A DNA stretch of 64,000 nt from NCBI GenBank assembly GCA_000708835.1, contig DF237210.1, positions 1 to 64,000 of the forward strand, written 5' to 3'. The stretch's first letter is position 1; each line of letters starts with the position of its first letter. The notes beneath the pieces were generated by a model. It was not told the DNA's origin, made no database searches, and saw only the letters and a program-made list of their open reading frames with translations. Of the stretch, positions 1 to 12,649 are shown piece by piece. The stretch comes from Klebsormidium nitens (lineage: Eukaryota; Plantae; Klebsormidiophyceae). Both the position numbers and the translations under genes were made by a program.

Positions 1-45
1 TCACAGGTTTGCAACGTAACCCTAATGTCAAAGTAAGTGCCCCGG

Positions 46-99
46 GTCAATGTCAATGTCAACGTCGATGTCAATGTCGATGTCAGTCTCATTGTCAAC
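46..99. repeat. degenerate hexamer tandem repeat (GTCAAT/GTCGAT), about 9 units
   Basis: gtcaat gtcaat gtcaac gtcgat gtcaat gtcgat gtcagt ctcatt gtcaac read directly. Confidence 0.8.
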
Positions 100-791
100 G
101 TTGTAACCACGCCCGTAACCACTGACAGACTGCAATAATTGTCACACTTCAGGTGCTTCCAGGTGGGTTGAGAGTGATTCACACCAATCAGGGTGGCGTA
201 GACACTAACAAAAGGAGTCTACTTTGATAGTTTTGCGTCAGTGGCAGTGTGACTCCGAGTCGGAATTTTGAAATTAGAACTCCGAAAATCGGCGACGGCC
301 GTCGGAATTGCCACGCAGCCGGATCCACGGTTCCGATGATCCGACGTGGAACTTTGACGGCCTCGGAACTAGGCCCCGAGCTCACCAAGCTCAGATGCCT
401 TGTTGGGCATGGCTCCGCCGCGCTCGCGCGCGTACATGACAGCAGCGCAAGTGAATGATGCATCATGACAAAGCGCTAGGATAGCAGCCGCCTATCCTAG
501 ATTAAAAGTTTAATTCAGCTAGCCAGGCCAAAAACATGTTCCATTTGTTGGTGTCATTGTCCTTGTCAAGCAAGGCGTCATTTCTGTCATGAGAAGCTCT
601 AGTCCTCAGGTCCGAAATATCTCATGTGCAGGACTGGCCAAGGCCAAGGAGAATGCCGCAAATGAAGTCGTCAGCGAATCTGAGCTCTAACCCTTAGGCA
701 AGGTACAGATGCTTGAAATCAACAATAGTGCAAACTCCGACAACAATGTGAGGCTTTCGTGACTAATGATGCTCAAAAGCAAAGTGAAAAG

Positions 792-3700
792 ATGGAGCCT
801 CCAGGTGAGTTAGCAATAAGCAGTTCCAGCACTTGAACACTTTCCATTTAGTGTGCATCAGTGGAAACCGCTTCAAATAGTAACTTATTTAAAGGCCACT
901 ACAAAAATTTGCGATGCAGCTTCAACCACCGGGAATGAAGGTCGTGGCTTGTTCCAAATGCTTGTCGGCTTCTCGAGACGGCACGACCAAGGAGTGTCGC
1001 AGGCCTTCAAACATATCAAGTTCTAATGAGTTTGTATCAATGCCAGACTCCTGCTTGCTACTTGTTTCAAAGGCCGCTCTTTGTAAACAGGCATTTCGAA
1101 GGGCATGTACCCAATGTGTATGCACCACCTCGTCATCGTAGCTTTTGCTACTCACGATGAAAGCAGACTCTTTTCTTTTCCTCCTCTTTTTGTTGACCAT
1201 TTAAAACCGTCCTGATCTGGAAGGCCCCACCTCCGTCACGGGCTGCTTTCAGCTATCCTTGCTTGAAGCCCATCCTTGAATCCTCTGAACTCAGACCAAA
1301 CGGCCTAAAACTCCGTGTATGGTTGAGTCTTGTAATGTCGTCGTGTATTCTTCTTGCGCGCCATATCATAGCGCCCCCCTTGTTCCTTAGGGTGGTAAAA
1401 GACCTCCATTGAGGATTATGAACTAAGGCCGCCCTTCTTCCACACATTTTATCCGACTAATTGTCCCACTCTGAACACATTCAGCACACAAATTTGCTCC
1501 ATCTGAACACAGAAGCTTGTTGATGGGACGTCAATTCTTGGCCCTTATCACAAAGACTTCCTGTGCACACATTCTCAAGCCCCACTCACAGCGTGACCCC
1601 CTCCGTAAGTCAGTCTCCATCTGGCCACAAAAGTTCTTGAATAGTACCATAACAAAATTTCCATAATTTCCAAAATTTTGAAGGCTTCCCCTGCACGCCT
1701 TTTCAGGCCCCAGTCACAGCGCGGCCCCCACTGCTGCGGTGGTCATTGAGCGGCCGTCCTCTGTGAGCCCTGTGCCCGTTCCCCCCAACCTGCGCCAAAT
1801 TCTGACCCCCTCCCAAAGAGAAGTCGCGCTGCTCGAGCGGCAGGATCGCCTCAAGATGAAGCGCAAGGTGTTGGCCGCGAAACAGAGGATGGACCAACTG
1901 GACGAGCAGGTGAGGAGTGGTTTGATGCGGGTTAAGCAGGTGTTTGCAGCTTGGTTATGGTCCTTGAGAGCAGGCTAGGAAGGAGGACCCCCTTGGTTGC
2001 CTGCAAATCTAGGATGAATTGATCGAGTGCTTGCTGATGGTGGGGTCGAGAATTCCAACTAAAAGCGGCCAATACATGATCATCACCAAACAGCGGATCC
2101 ACCCTGAGTCAAAGCCCTTACCACTCCCGAAATTGGCAGCATCTTGGCATCACAAAACTCAGTTTTCCAGAACGCTACAATCGCTCATTCCCTCCTGGCT
2201 GGGTGAATGGATGCACCTGACCCCCGGCCAGCGCCTTCCCTGATGATTTAGTCCGGTGTCCTTGGTTTCATGTCCTACCCGCCTCATACCATATGCTTCT
2301 ACTCAAAAGGGCGCCGATCTGTCCGCCAGGTGAAGGAGGTCGTCCGTGTGCGCACCCAGAAGAAGGCGAAGCTAAGCCGCCCAGCGGGGCTGCCGGACAA
2401 GATGGGAATACGGATGCCGGCAGGGGCGCTGAAGGCGATCAAGGGCGAGAAGCAGAAAGCGGAGGAAGCACGAGAGAAGCGCTTGCAGGAGCTCATGAAG
2501 ATTTGCCTCACCATTCTGCGCCAGGTGAGATGCCGAGTCTTCTGCCACGTCTGATTTCAGTTTCTTGTTTTTTGGCCGCCTTCTGCGTGCTTTTGTCGTT
2601 GCCTTTTCATGTGCGTCCGCTTTCATGCTCAGAAGACTCCCTGCTTTTCAGTATGTTTGCGAAATCACTCGCTTTTAATCGTGGTTTTGCCCGTGCTCGA
2701 ATCAAGTTCATAACTCCAAAGATGCAAGGTCGTTGTATCTTTGCCGTATTGCCTTGCTGATGAAAGGCCACATCAGGTGAAAAGAAACAAGCGACCTGGT
2801 ACCTAGGGTACTGCACGTTTCAAGTCACAATCGTGCAAGTCCAAACTCCTTCCCGAACTATCGATCAAATAGGTCGTTCGATCCTTGCGTTCTTGTACTT
2901 CTTGCTGGATATTTGGCCACATTGGAACAGGACACTTTGAACAACTTGCTCGCGCCGTCATCTTGTGATAATCAAAATCTTCCTGCCAATATGTGCAATG
3001 CTTGGGCACGTTAGAAAGGCCTCGATTATTTGCTCTCGTCTCCTGTCGTCAATAGTGCGCCTTCTGCTGAATAGCAAACAGATTGAAGAGCCTTCGAACC
3101 TCTGTCTCTGTTTTGCTGGATTGACGGTGCCCGTTCTGCCTCTCGTGCAGATGATGCAGCACAAATGGGCGTGGCCTTTCATGGAGCCCGTCGATGCCGT
3201 GGCTATGAATTTGCCAGACTACCACGAGGTGAGTTGTCTGCAACGACACTATGTACTCTGAATGTTACGTGGTCACTTGTCCAAAGCGATTGTCTTGTGT
3301 TCTCCAATATGTGAAGAAAGAACAATAACGGAAGCATAACGGTTGACGTGAGGAGGAAGAGTAGATTGACGAAGTAAAAGGACTTTTTACCACAGGCAGA
3401 ATTTGAAGTGCGTTCTTCTACCTTCTCGGTCCTTCGACCTCCCTGCGTGTCACTATATTGACCGTAAGCCGGGCACATTACAGTGCGACTTGCCCCTTCT
3501 CCAGCTTACTAGTGGGGCTGATGAGCAAGCGAAGAATGATGCCCAGAGCACGAAGCGAGTCGGAGCGAAGCGCTCAGGAAGCGGCTGACAGGATCATACG
3601 GGTATCAACTCTCCGTTTGGAAGAAACGAAGAAAACCGGTGGAGTAGGAACAAAAAGACTGTGAGGGCTCTGGAGATCGAGTTGCCTGACCCTTCGATAG

Positions 3701-6017
3701 TTATATTCGGGCAGGCGATTAGGAAGCATGAAGAGCTTCTATCCTGCTCTCCAGACAATGACCGATCTGTGGAGGAAACATCCATACATTGTGAGAAAGT
3801 TCCTGGCAATACGATCGCGCCCTGACAAAAGTACTCTTCCGTTCAGTGATCAAGAAGCCGATGGACGTGAACCGGAGATTGCGAAAAGACTGTGAGGGAG
3901 GTCTGGAAAACGGCTAGTGTAAATCCATCATTCTCTCCTTTCGGCAGGCAACCTAGAAGCATACAAAGACCGTGTATCTTTTTCCCTGAAACCTGTGGAG
4001 ATAATAGAACCTCAGCAAGAATAGTGCGTGGCAAACAAATGGCGCGCTGACATTCTGCGTTTCCTCCCGCAGGTAATCAAGAAGCCGATGGACCTGGGGA
4101 CCATCAAAGACAAGCTGGACAAGAAGGACGGCCACAGCTACCGGACACCCGAGGAGGTTGCGGCGGACGTCCGGCTAGTGTTTAGGTAAGCACGCTGCCA
4201 CTCCATGGATGCTTCTGCAACGAAAGCGCATTGCAGACGTCCCATCAAGGCCAGAACCAGATGATCGTTTCCAAAAAAAATCGACACGATAGCCGGATGC
4301 AAGCAGTGGCGGGTCTGGTTAGAATGAGCATGTGAAGGGAGTCTTGCGAATCTGCCGGACCAAAAGTTTTCGTAAGTTCGGCGCCCTGCAGAAGTGGGGA
4401 GCAAATGGAGTGCCAGAGTGAGTTTTCCGAGCGCAAATCCGTTGCAAAAACGTTTACCGTCGGGAATCACAGAGAGGCCCACAGTTTCGAATATAGTGGC
4501 TCTCACTTTTGCGCTATAGCATGTCTGGCTTCCCCGTGGCTCTGCTGGCACGTTATATGAGAATTTTTGAACGGAGACAATTGACAGCGAAGGCGTTAGC
4601 CAGGGACCACTGAGAGCAGCAAGCAATTGCAAGAGACCGAGAGCAGAAAGGATTTGAAATAGTGCAGCAAGATACTGAAAGGCGTTGAGCTGCATCAGAA
4701 GGCTTTGGCTCGCAACAAACCCCTGCAAAGGATAATCAAACCTCGCCTGAGCTCCGTCCCGTACTCTGCAGCAATGCGATGACGTACAATCAGCCGGGGA
4801 CGGACGTGCACATCATGGCGGAGGAGCTGAACAAAAAGTTCAACGAGCGGTGGCGGGTGAGGGGGCGCAGTACAAGATATCGAGACGCTCTTCAGATCTC
4901 GTTTTGAGATTGATAGTGCTTGAGCCGATCTTTCTGTCGCTACTGGCTGGAACAGAGGCCATGACAGGGCTTAGCATCCGTGCAATTTGTGAGGATGACG
5001 CCTGAATGGATTGACGGAGAACATGCATTTCAGACAGATCATGAACCAACCTCTCGTGGCGCAGGCTTTGATGGAGCACAAACTGGCGGAGGAGCACGCG
5101 CGCCGAAAACAGGAGGACGCGGACTTCAAGAACCGGGAGTCGGCCATCATTGCAGCGGCGGAAGAGACGGCGGCGGAGAAGCTAGCGGCAGATGCGGAGA
5201 AGCAGGTCCGGCCTCGACACCTTCGTTCTCAATTCTGGACAAAATGTTTTCTTCTTCGGTAGAAAATTCGCTCTCCTTCTGAAGTCTGCCGCGACCGCTC
5301 CGAGCTCTTTTCAGTTCTTGGAGGCCATACCGGACTGTTTCCTAAAGGACGTCTGTCCTTAAAGGACGGCTGGTGCTGTGCATTGGTTGGAAACCGCAAC
5401 TGTGAACAGGCATATTCTGCAACACTGCAGGCACAGGAACTAGAGCGGGAGCTGGAGGCCCTGAAACAAAAAGCGGCAGATCTTGATGCTCCGAAATCCT
5501 GGAACGCTGCAGGCGCAGGAACTAGAGCGGGAGCTGGACGCGCTGAAGCAGGAGGCGGCGGAGAAGTGCCGTGACATGACGATCGAGGAGAAGCGCGAGC
5601 TGGGGGCCAACCTGGGGAAGCTGCCGTCCGAAAAGCTGCAGCGCGTCGTGGACATCATCATTGCGGACAGTCCGGTGGAAGAGGAGGTGCGTTTCGGACG
5701 TCCGGGGAATGAGTTAACAAACCGAGGCGTTTCTTCAGATAGTAGCGCATCCTGTAGGGTACGACGAGACAGCTTGAGAGCGCTTGGTTGCTTAGCGGGT
5801 TGCAATTGTCGCCGTCAGATACGTTTCGTGATTTCGGTATCCACCGAATGCGCGTACTTGTCCTTTCATTCGTTTTGAGCGGTTCAAGTCTGCAGCAAGT
5901 TCACGGTATCCTAATCGCCACGGGGCGTGTTTGCAGGAAGAGGAAGACGTGGAGGTGGACCTCGACGTGCTGCCCCCCAGCACGCTCTGGAAGCTCTACC
6001 GCTACGTCAGCAGGTGA
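792..6017 (+). CDS. GTE: BET/GTE-family bromodomain + extra-terminal (ET) domain protein
   Basis: Exons 792-804 (tentative start MEPP), 1707-1909, 2330-2524, 3151-3228, 4073-4185, 4772-4856, 5038-5205, 5513-5686, 5937-6017; GT-AG boundaries with consistent phases. Bromodomain [43 protein letters not shown]; ET domain [49 protein letters not shown]. First exon and exact 3' end are less certain. Confidence 0.93.
3841..3866 (+). repeat. intronic copy of GTE exon-5 start
   Basis: atcaagaagccgatggac at 3849-3866 is identical to 4076-4093 and is preceded by ttcag. Confidence 0.8.
5421..5480 (+). repeat. intronic copy of acceptor + start of GTE exon 8
   Basis: 5421-5480 matches 5503-5562 with 9 mismatches in 60 nt. 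Confidence 0.95.
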
Positions 6018-7247
6018 CGCCCGCAACCGCGCCGCCTTAACTTCTGCCATTCCTTCCTCACATTTCTGCGTCGTAATTGACACATTAAAGTTCTAATCAT
6101 TCGGGGTCTCCCAAGTGGCTCGTCAGTCATTGTATCGTCCGATCAATCTGAGCAGGCATGCGAAGGTTAAATCATGCAAACAAGCGAGAGCCCTCGGCCT
6201 AACCCATCCTTTCCGCACATTCGCAGCGCGCTCTGCCTGGTTCTTCTGTACAGATTAGCAACTGAAACGCAAGCTTACTCGATGTCGTTTTGGTTTTGTT
6301 GTTCTCCTTCTTCGCTGCAGACTAAGCAATATAATTTTGTTTGAAGTGCCAATTCCGTGCATTTTCGTGCGGTTAATCCGATTCCCTCGCTGCGGCATGT
6401 TCGCCGGCCCGTTTCAAATGAGGGGTCTATTTTTTCTGCGCAGATGTATGCATCCTGAGCCGGCTGCACGAACGAACTCTGCAACCACTGCCGATAGCCG
6501 TTCGATTGGGGCGGTGCCCGTTGGAGGGCCGCCTAGGGTGAGGAGCTCCGACTCTGCCAAGATCGCGTCTCCTTTCTGACTTCGACATATCTGGGTTCGT
6601 TCTGGTAGTGGATTGCTGGCCCTTGCAATCCAGTTCAAGACAGATCGCTGAAGTGGCTTTTTATCGACGTCTCCGACTTAGAGCCGTGCACCTTCTCAGT
6701 TGGCATATTTCGTCTTCGGAACGGCTGGTGCTACCGCTGCAATTGATGAAGTTCAGTTCCGCAGAGAAGCTTCGTGAAGTGTTCGAAGGCTCCAAGCGAT
6801 CCTGCAGAATTCACGGAGGCACTTATAAGAGGGTCGTTCACAAACAAGTCGCGAAGGCCTTCTGCGACTCTGGCTCGATATTGAGGGTCCTCGAGACTCC
6901 TCAAATGCTTTGTTTGAACTGGGCTGGTCGATTCTTGCACTGAAGCAGCTCACCTACTTTTTGAAAACAACAAAAGGATTGCGGACATCCGACTTGCCCA
7001 TCTATGGTCACACACGTGCGAAAAATGTGCATCATAAGACGGCGCCCCGTCTGCTTTACGAGAGGCCCCGCCTAATCGCCATGTCCGCTCGTATATCAGC
7101 TCTGAGATCGTCAATCATTTGTGTACAGGGCCCTCCCAGCGGAGGCCACCCAGCCCGGTCCCTGAGCCCGGTGGTCATGGAGAAGACGTGAGCGGGTGAC
7201 CGGTTCATCCAGCCGGCTATCCACGAAGTTACCGTTCTGGTGTCGAG

Positions 7248-7697
7248 TCAAGCCCGTGTGTTTTCAAAGATTGTTCTCGCGAGCTTAGATTCTTGCGAGC
7301 CCAGAATGTCAGGCCTTCTTAGCAGACCGACGAAGCGGTGTCGTGCACTTGTTCGAGGCTTGAGCGTCACTGCGGACGCAGTGACCCACGTGTTGTAGAC
7401 AGTCCGGCGCCTGGCGCTTTGTACAGCCTTCGACCTTTCGAAGCGACTGTAATGTGGACAAAGAAACTTTCCATAAGTACAGTCGTCAAAGCTTGGGGGT
7501 TGTTTACGGTATGTATTGAGCACCGTCTGGGCCACAGAGACGTTCACAATGAGAACAATGGGCACCCTGTGCGGATCCCAATCGTCAACATCCAATGGAC
7601 GTCACACGGTAATGATGTGCCACTGCTCAAACTGCTTCGCGTACAGATTGAAGTACTTGGCCGCCATGTTTTGCGACGGTGGCAGGACGGTTGGCAT
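7248..7697 (-). pseudogene. intronless ORF remnant of unknown family with one in-frame stop
   Basis: ATG 7697 MPTVLPPSQNMAAKYFNLYAKQFEQWHIITV*RPLDVDDWDPHRVPIVLIVNVSVAQ..; same frame continues to 7248; single TGA at 7604-7602. Confidence 0.35.
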
Positions 7698-8679
7698 TTA
7701 ATCAAATTGGCGGCATTCATCGGAGGAGTCATGTACCGTCTGCATACTTCTGAGTGCTCGTAAGCGAACCCAAAGACTCGGACGTACAAGCCGCCCAGGC
7801 AAGTACTCTTGTTGCAGCTTGAGGGCGCGGCGGCATGCATGCCGGCTAGCTTACATTGCGCGCATGTGAATGCCTGTCACTATGTGAAAGTGGTTTCGAT
7901 CCGACAACTTAAGTCGATCATTTATCCGTTAGTGTACCTAGCGCTTAAGCAATCCCTGCTTTATCTGCCTTTGACTTGAGACGGATCATGTTCCGACACG
8001 AATGCACGTTCAATGCAAAACGGTTTAAACTCTAGCTCCTTGCACGCATCCAATCACTCTTCGCAGCTTCGATGTACCTCATGTTGTTGCACGGCACCCG
8101 GGGAGAAAGAGCGCGCATTGAACATGGATATGCACGTGACTCTAATTCGGTCGGTCAGCCAGCAATGGCAACGTGCAACTCTGATAATTTTGCACGAGCT
8201 CAACTGCGCTTTCATGATTTGATCACACTTGGAACTCACGCTATTTTGAATATGAAAGTTTTCATGCTCGATATCTTCAGAGGGAGGATTGGAAGGATAT
8301 TGCATGCACGGTCCCGATTCACATCAATGAATCCTCTCGTAACCACTTCACGCAAATGCACGCAAACACTTTGATGTCTCGACTCGGGTACCTCAATACA
8401 ACAGTTCAACACGGCAGAGTTCAAAAGCCACCGATCGAAGGCGCACAAATCAAACCGAAGCTTTATACGAAATTCAACGAAAGCAGGCTAGCAGATTTCA
8501 GTGCTAGCCTGCGGACACTGCTGCGGACAGAATTCTCGACCTACTTTTGAACGCCCCCCTGTAGTCAGCCTTGTAAAAGACGGCTGCCACTGTTGAGTGC
8601 GTCTTGTGTTTGACTCTTTTTGAAATCGTATGTAAAATAGTTGCCTGCGCATCTCGGAATGTCCAGAATATCTCAAATT

Positions 8680-9735
8680 TCAAAGTCGGCTCACATACTC
8701 CCCTCTCGCAAAGCCAGAGAGGCTCGTGTCCGTCGAAGCTGGCTCCCACTTGCTGTTCATCCAGGTAAAGTGTCCCATGATCCGGCGGACACATATGGCT
8801 TCCAGTGCAGTTTCCGATTCAAGTGCCACGAAGACGAGGCTAAAGAGCAGAGGGACGAAGAACCAAACGCCTCCATACTTTGCCAGAAGGGCTGTGACAC
8901 TGACGGGGTCGATCTGCATCTCCAGAAGGCTTCCCTGTCGGTCCATGACGAGACATGCTGTGGTCCGGTTGCCTAGAAAAATGTCGCCTTCCTCGATGTA
9001 AATTGAAACGACCTTGAAGAAGTCTTTGGGCTCCAGATTGGCTGGGGTTCTGCTTACGACATGAGATAGAACTAGGGAGCTGTAACCATAAGGGCTGACA
9101 AATACGGGCTGAATCTTGGCACCTTGTAGTATCCTGATATAAGGCTTCCCTGGGTATACCATTCGATGTTGAAGATGTTGTCCTCTGTGTATTCCCCATG
9201 ATACGCTATGCCGTTGAGCAGGAATATGATGGTCAGGGGACCATCTGCCGTTGTGTAGTTGCACATTATGGGGCAAATTGAGCCAGAGTGAGAGTATCTT
9301 ATCCTCGGTTGAAAGGCTGTGCCAGGCTGAGTAAGGGGTCTGTGGCTGGCCCGTTTAGTATTACTGTAGAGTTCAAGAGTTCGCCATCCCATGATTCAGC
9401 AGGATCTGAAGCGCTAAACAGGTAAGGAGTGTGAGATTGGTTGATGACTAGAGTCCGAGCAAGCGGACTGACTTCCGTGTATACCTGGCAGCAAGCTACA
9501 AACTCATACTCAGGATCTTGGTTTTCGGTCGTCACCCAGGTTATGATCAGGCTGGTATCAGGCAGGGTGATCGGAGTTTGGCGTCGTATTTAAGTGAGAC
9601 TGGAGGAAATCTTCTCGCCTGGAAAGCCTGCACGATGATACAGTATGCGAAGTAGAGGCAGAGAAGGAAGAGAAGGTACAGCCAGGACCATCTCTGCTGC
9701 AAATGACGCACGTCCCAGGGATAGTTGCCGGCCAT
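8680..9735 (-). pseudogene. frameshifted two-transmembrane protein (large extracellular loop; DEG/ENaC/P2X-like topology)
   Basis: Four overlapping minus ORFs (9547-9735, 9299-9535, 9072-9392, 8680-9276) join through three frameshifts; TM1 WSWLYLLFLLCLYFAYCIIV, TM2 DPVSVTALLAKYGGVWFFVPLLFSLVF. Confidence 0.6.
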
Positions 9736-10985
9736 GGCGATTGTTTAGTTAAAGGTTGGAGCAGAATCTAAGAAGACCTGTAGAATTCGAGTCGTTCCTT
9801 CCATGTGTCTGAAGAACTTGCCCTTTGCAAGGGAGCGCTTTTGGAATCCAATCTTGTAGTCAAAAGCGTTGTTTGTCTGCGGCGGGTAGCATGATGGCGA
9901 CCAGAGAAACAGGCAACATATACATTCATGCTACTTTCGCGATCGAATCTCGATTTAACGTCATTAAAAGGAGCTCTTGCAGGTTTGAACTTTGCTCGTG
10001 TCCAATCATACCGAAGTAATCTTATTGATCGGTAACAAATCATGCAGCTTCGTGCGGTCAGAAGAAAGCGAGAGCCTCAGATCTGGACAAACTGAATTAG
10101 GCGGGCCTCGACAGCTAGAATGTCAGCGGTGTCGAATCGGTTGAGGCTGGCTGGAAATCTCCAAAGATCTCGATGACATGCTCTAGACAGTGTTGCCATC
10201 AAACCTGAAGGGCTAGCCTGCTGTCGGTCAATCATATCAATCAAATCCTGGCTTGCTTCCATAGGCTAGATGTCCAATCAGGATCGTCCCTCGCCTTACG
10301 CGCGCATGCCGTTTGTAGAAAATGCGATCACCAAAAAGCCAGCGGTCGCCTTCTCTGCACGTGCGCGTGCGCGCGGATATTACGCTGCACCTCCGATAGA
10401 TACGTTCTTGACTTACGCAGACTGCAGCTTCAGGCTCCCAGTGATCATCGGCTTGTCCGTGGTCTTGACACAGCTGAAGAATTGGTTCGTGCGCTTTCGA
10501 GTGACACGTGGAAAACTGGAATCATTGCAGATACGCTTCACCTGCGTTTCTGCGGTTTTGCGCTTATCAAAGGCCCTCTGCTCAGGTCTGTACGGTAGCA
10601 TGACAATATTTTGGGTTCGAGGAAGCAGAAGCGAGACAGAGGGCTGAAGGGTGGTTTGTCGGTATCTTTGAAATTGCAAGCAGAGGTCGCTCCTTGCTCC
10701 AGAGCGCATGAGGAACCAACCCTTCGCGTCCGAGACTGAGTTTAACACGGGATATGCAGGTCTTTGAGCCTACAGTAGCTTCAGGCACCTTCGCTTCGAA
10801 GGTGAATTCAAAGCAAAGTGAAGCCTGCAGATCTCCATGGCTCTTACACCGAAGCTGAGCAGAGTCTTAGCTGCTCACTTGCAGGCGCCATGCATGCGCA
10901 GTATTTCTGGCAGTGAGGTGGCTCTGATCTAATCCTGTAACATTGTCTACGAAGAGGACAGCGCGGAGAATCCTCTTCTCAATCT

Positions 10986-12461
10986 ATGGCTGCGTCGGAG
11001 AATCAGAGGCTCCCTAAATCCACACCGATGGACAATGTGCCGCGTCTTTCATCACTCACTCTGGAAGAGTTGTCAGTCCTTGGAACAGATGAGGGAAACG
11101 AGATTAAGGTGGACTTTGACATGCCTGAAAGGTCAAGCTGGCTGCAAGAGATCCTCAAAGAGCTCAAATCAAAAGACGAAGGAAGCAGGATGATGGCCTT
11201 GTGGAGGTTCAAAGAAACGTATGGGGACCTGCTGTTCAATGAATCAAGACTGCGGCAAGGAGGTGAACGTTCCGCTGGCGTCAACGTTTCCATTCTCATG
11301 CTGACGCGTGGCATGGCACAGGAGATAGGAAGAGGGCTAACAGATGCGGCCCTGACCGGGCGCTGGTACTTCATCCCGAAGGATGCCCTTGACGTGCAGG
11401 CTGCTGGGAAGACGGTTGATATCTACAGCAGAGTCACCATATACTGCAGCGTTCTGGAGATGCTGGTGGTCGACGGCCGAACTTTCAAGCACTTTCTGTC
11501 TGAGGTGCCCAACCTCTTCCCGGTTCTGGCGAACATATTCATGCGAGCTTACTCTCTGGCTGAGATGTACGTGCAGCCGCGAGACTGGTCTGATCCAGGG
11601 ATTCAAAGCAGGAAAGGCATTGTCAGAGCGATCAGCACGCTCTTCATCTGGGCCAAGCCACGCCACATTCAAGAGGTCGCCAGCTTGCACGACTTTCTTC
11701 TCTGTCTCATGCAGCAGTGCAAGGAGAATCTTGAGGACATCGAGTTCGTTCATTTCGCTTGCCTGGTGATAAGTACGGTACTGGACAACAGCCGCGACTT
11801 GAGTTCGGGCGCTCTTCTTGCTGCTCTTATGGACCTCATCTCCAGTCTTCTCTCTCGGGGTACAATGCCCCGGACTCTTCAGCGCGCTTGTTGCTGCCTC
11901 ATATCCCTATTCAACAAGGAAACAGAAGGCGACTTCGAAGTGTGCCAGCACCTAGCGGGGCAGCTTCGAAGTTCCTTCCGCCAGTCGTTCCTGGCTCTAG
12001 CAGTATGCAAGGAGATTGACTCCTCGATGCAAGAGTTTGCACAGCACATGACCGCCATTTTGTGTGACCTGGTTCTAGATGATACGAAGGAGTCAGAGAA
12101 CCAGGTGGCCGTGGCAATTGCACAGATGGCCTGCAAAGATGTAGGCGCACAGGGCAGATTGCAGGAGCTGATTGAGATGTCCAGAAGGCCCGCGGAAGGA
12201 AGGGAACTGTTGCTTGGACCGATGAGACCTCTGCCCTGGGGCAAGGGGAACGAAAGACTGAATTTGTCAGAAGGCGGAATCGACTGGACGATCCGTGACA
12301 GGCCCTACAGAAAGTGCGCCCGTCCTGAATGCGAGAGAGTGGAGTCTTCCATCAATGAATTCCTTGTCTGTGGTGGCTGCAGGCTGGCTTGCTATTGTGG
12401 TCGAGGTAAGCGGAACGAACCTGAGATTCTCTCTGCTTGCAACATCTTTTGGCCTGTCTAG
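10986..12461 (+). CDS. helical-repeat-like protein with partial C-terminal zf-MYND finger
   Basis: 491-aa ATG ORF; CARPECERVESSINEFLVCGGCRLACYCG is the first part of a MYND finger; GTAAGC donor-like site at 12406; second half of the finger not found. Confidence 0.7.
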   Translation: MAASENQRLPKSTPMDNVPRLSSLTLEELSVLGTDEGNEIKVDFDMPERSSWLQEILKELKSKDEGSRMMALWRFKETYGDLLFNESRLRQGGERSAGVNVSILMLTRGMAQEIGRGLTDAALTGRWYFIPKDALDVQAAGKTVDIYSRVTIYCSVLEMLVVDGRTFKHFLSEVPNLFPVLANIFMRAYSLAEMYVQPRDWSDPGIQSRKGIVRAISTLFIWAKPRHIQEVASLHDFLLCLMQQCKENLEDIEFVHFACLVISTVLDNSRDLSSGALLAALMDLISSLLSRGTMPRTLQRACCCLISLFNKETEGDFEVCQHLAGQLRSSFRQSFLALAVCKEIDSSMQEFAQHMTAILCDLVLDDTKESENQVAVAIAQMACKDVGAQGRLQELIEMSRRPAEGRELLLGPMRPLPWGKGNERLNLSEGGIDWTIRDRPYRKCARPECERVESSINEFLVCGGCRLACYCGRGKRNEPEILSACNIFWPV

Positions 12462-12649
12462 ATCTCAATATTTGGAGAAGCCAGCTTTCCAACAATCGGA
12501 AAGTGGTTCCATCTTTACCAGTTGAAAAAGGGGATGAGAATCTTCGTAGTTTGCGCCTTAGGTTCAGCGTACTGTATCGACGTGCTGCACGAGAGGTCAA
12601 GTCTTCTCTTTATACGGCATCCAGCAGCATCGAATTGCTGACCGGAAGC

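Noticed and set aside
922-1200. Antisense ATG ORF with basic NLS-like start ([10 protein letters not shown])
   Set aside because: Lies in the probable GTE intron 1; the basic run is the complement of a pyrimidine tract; no recognisable domain.
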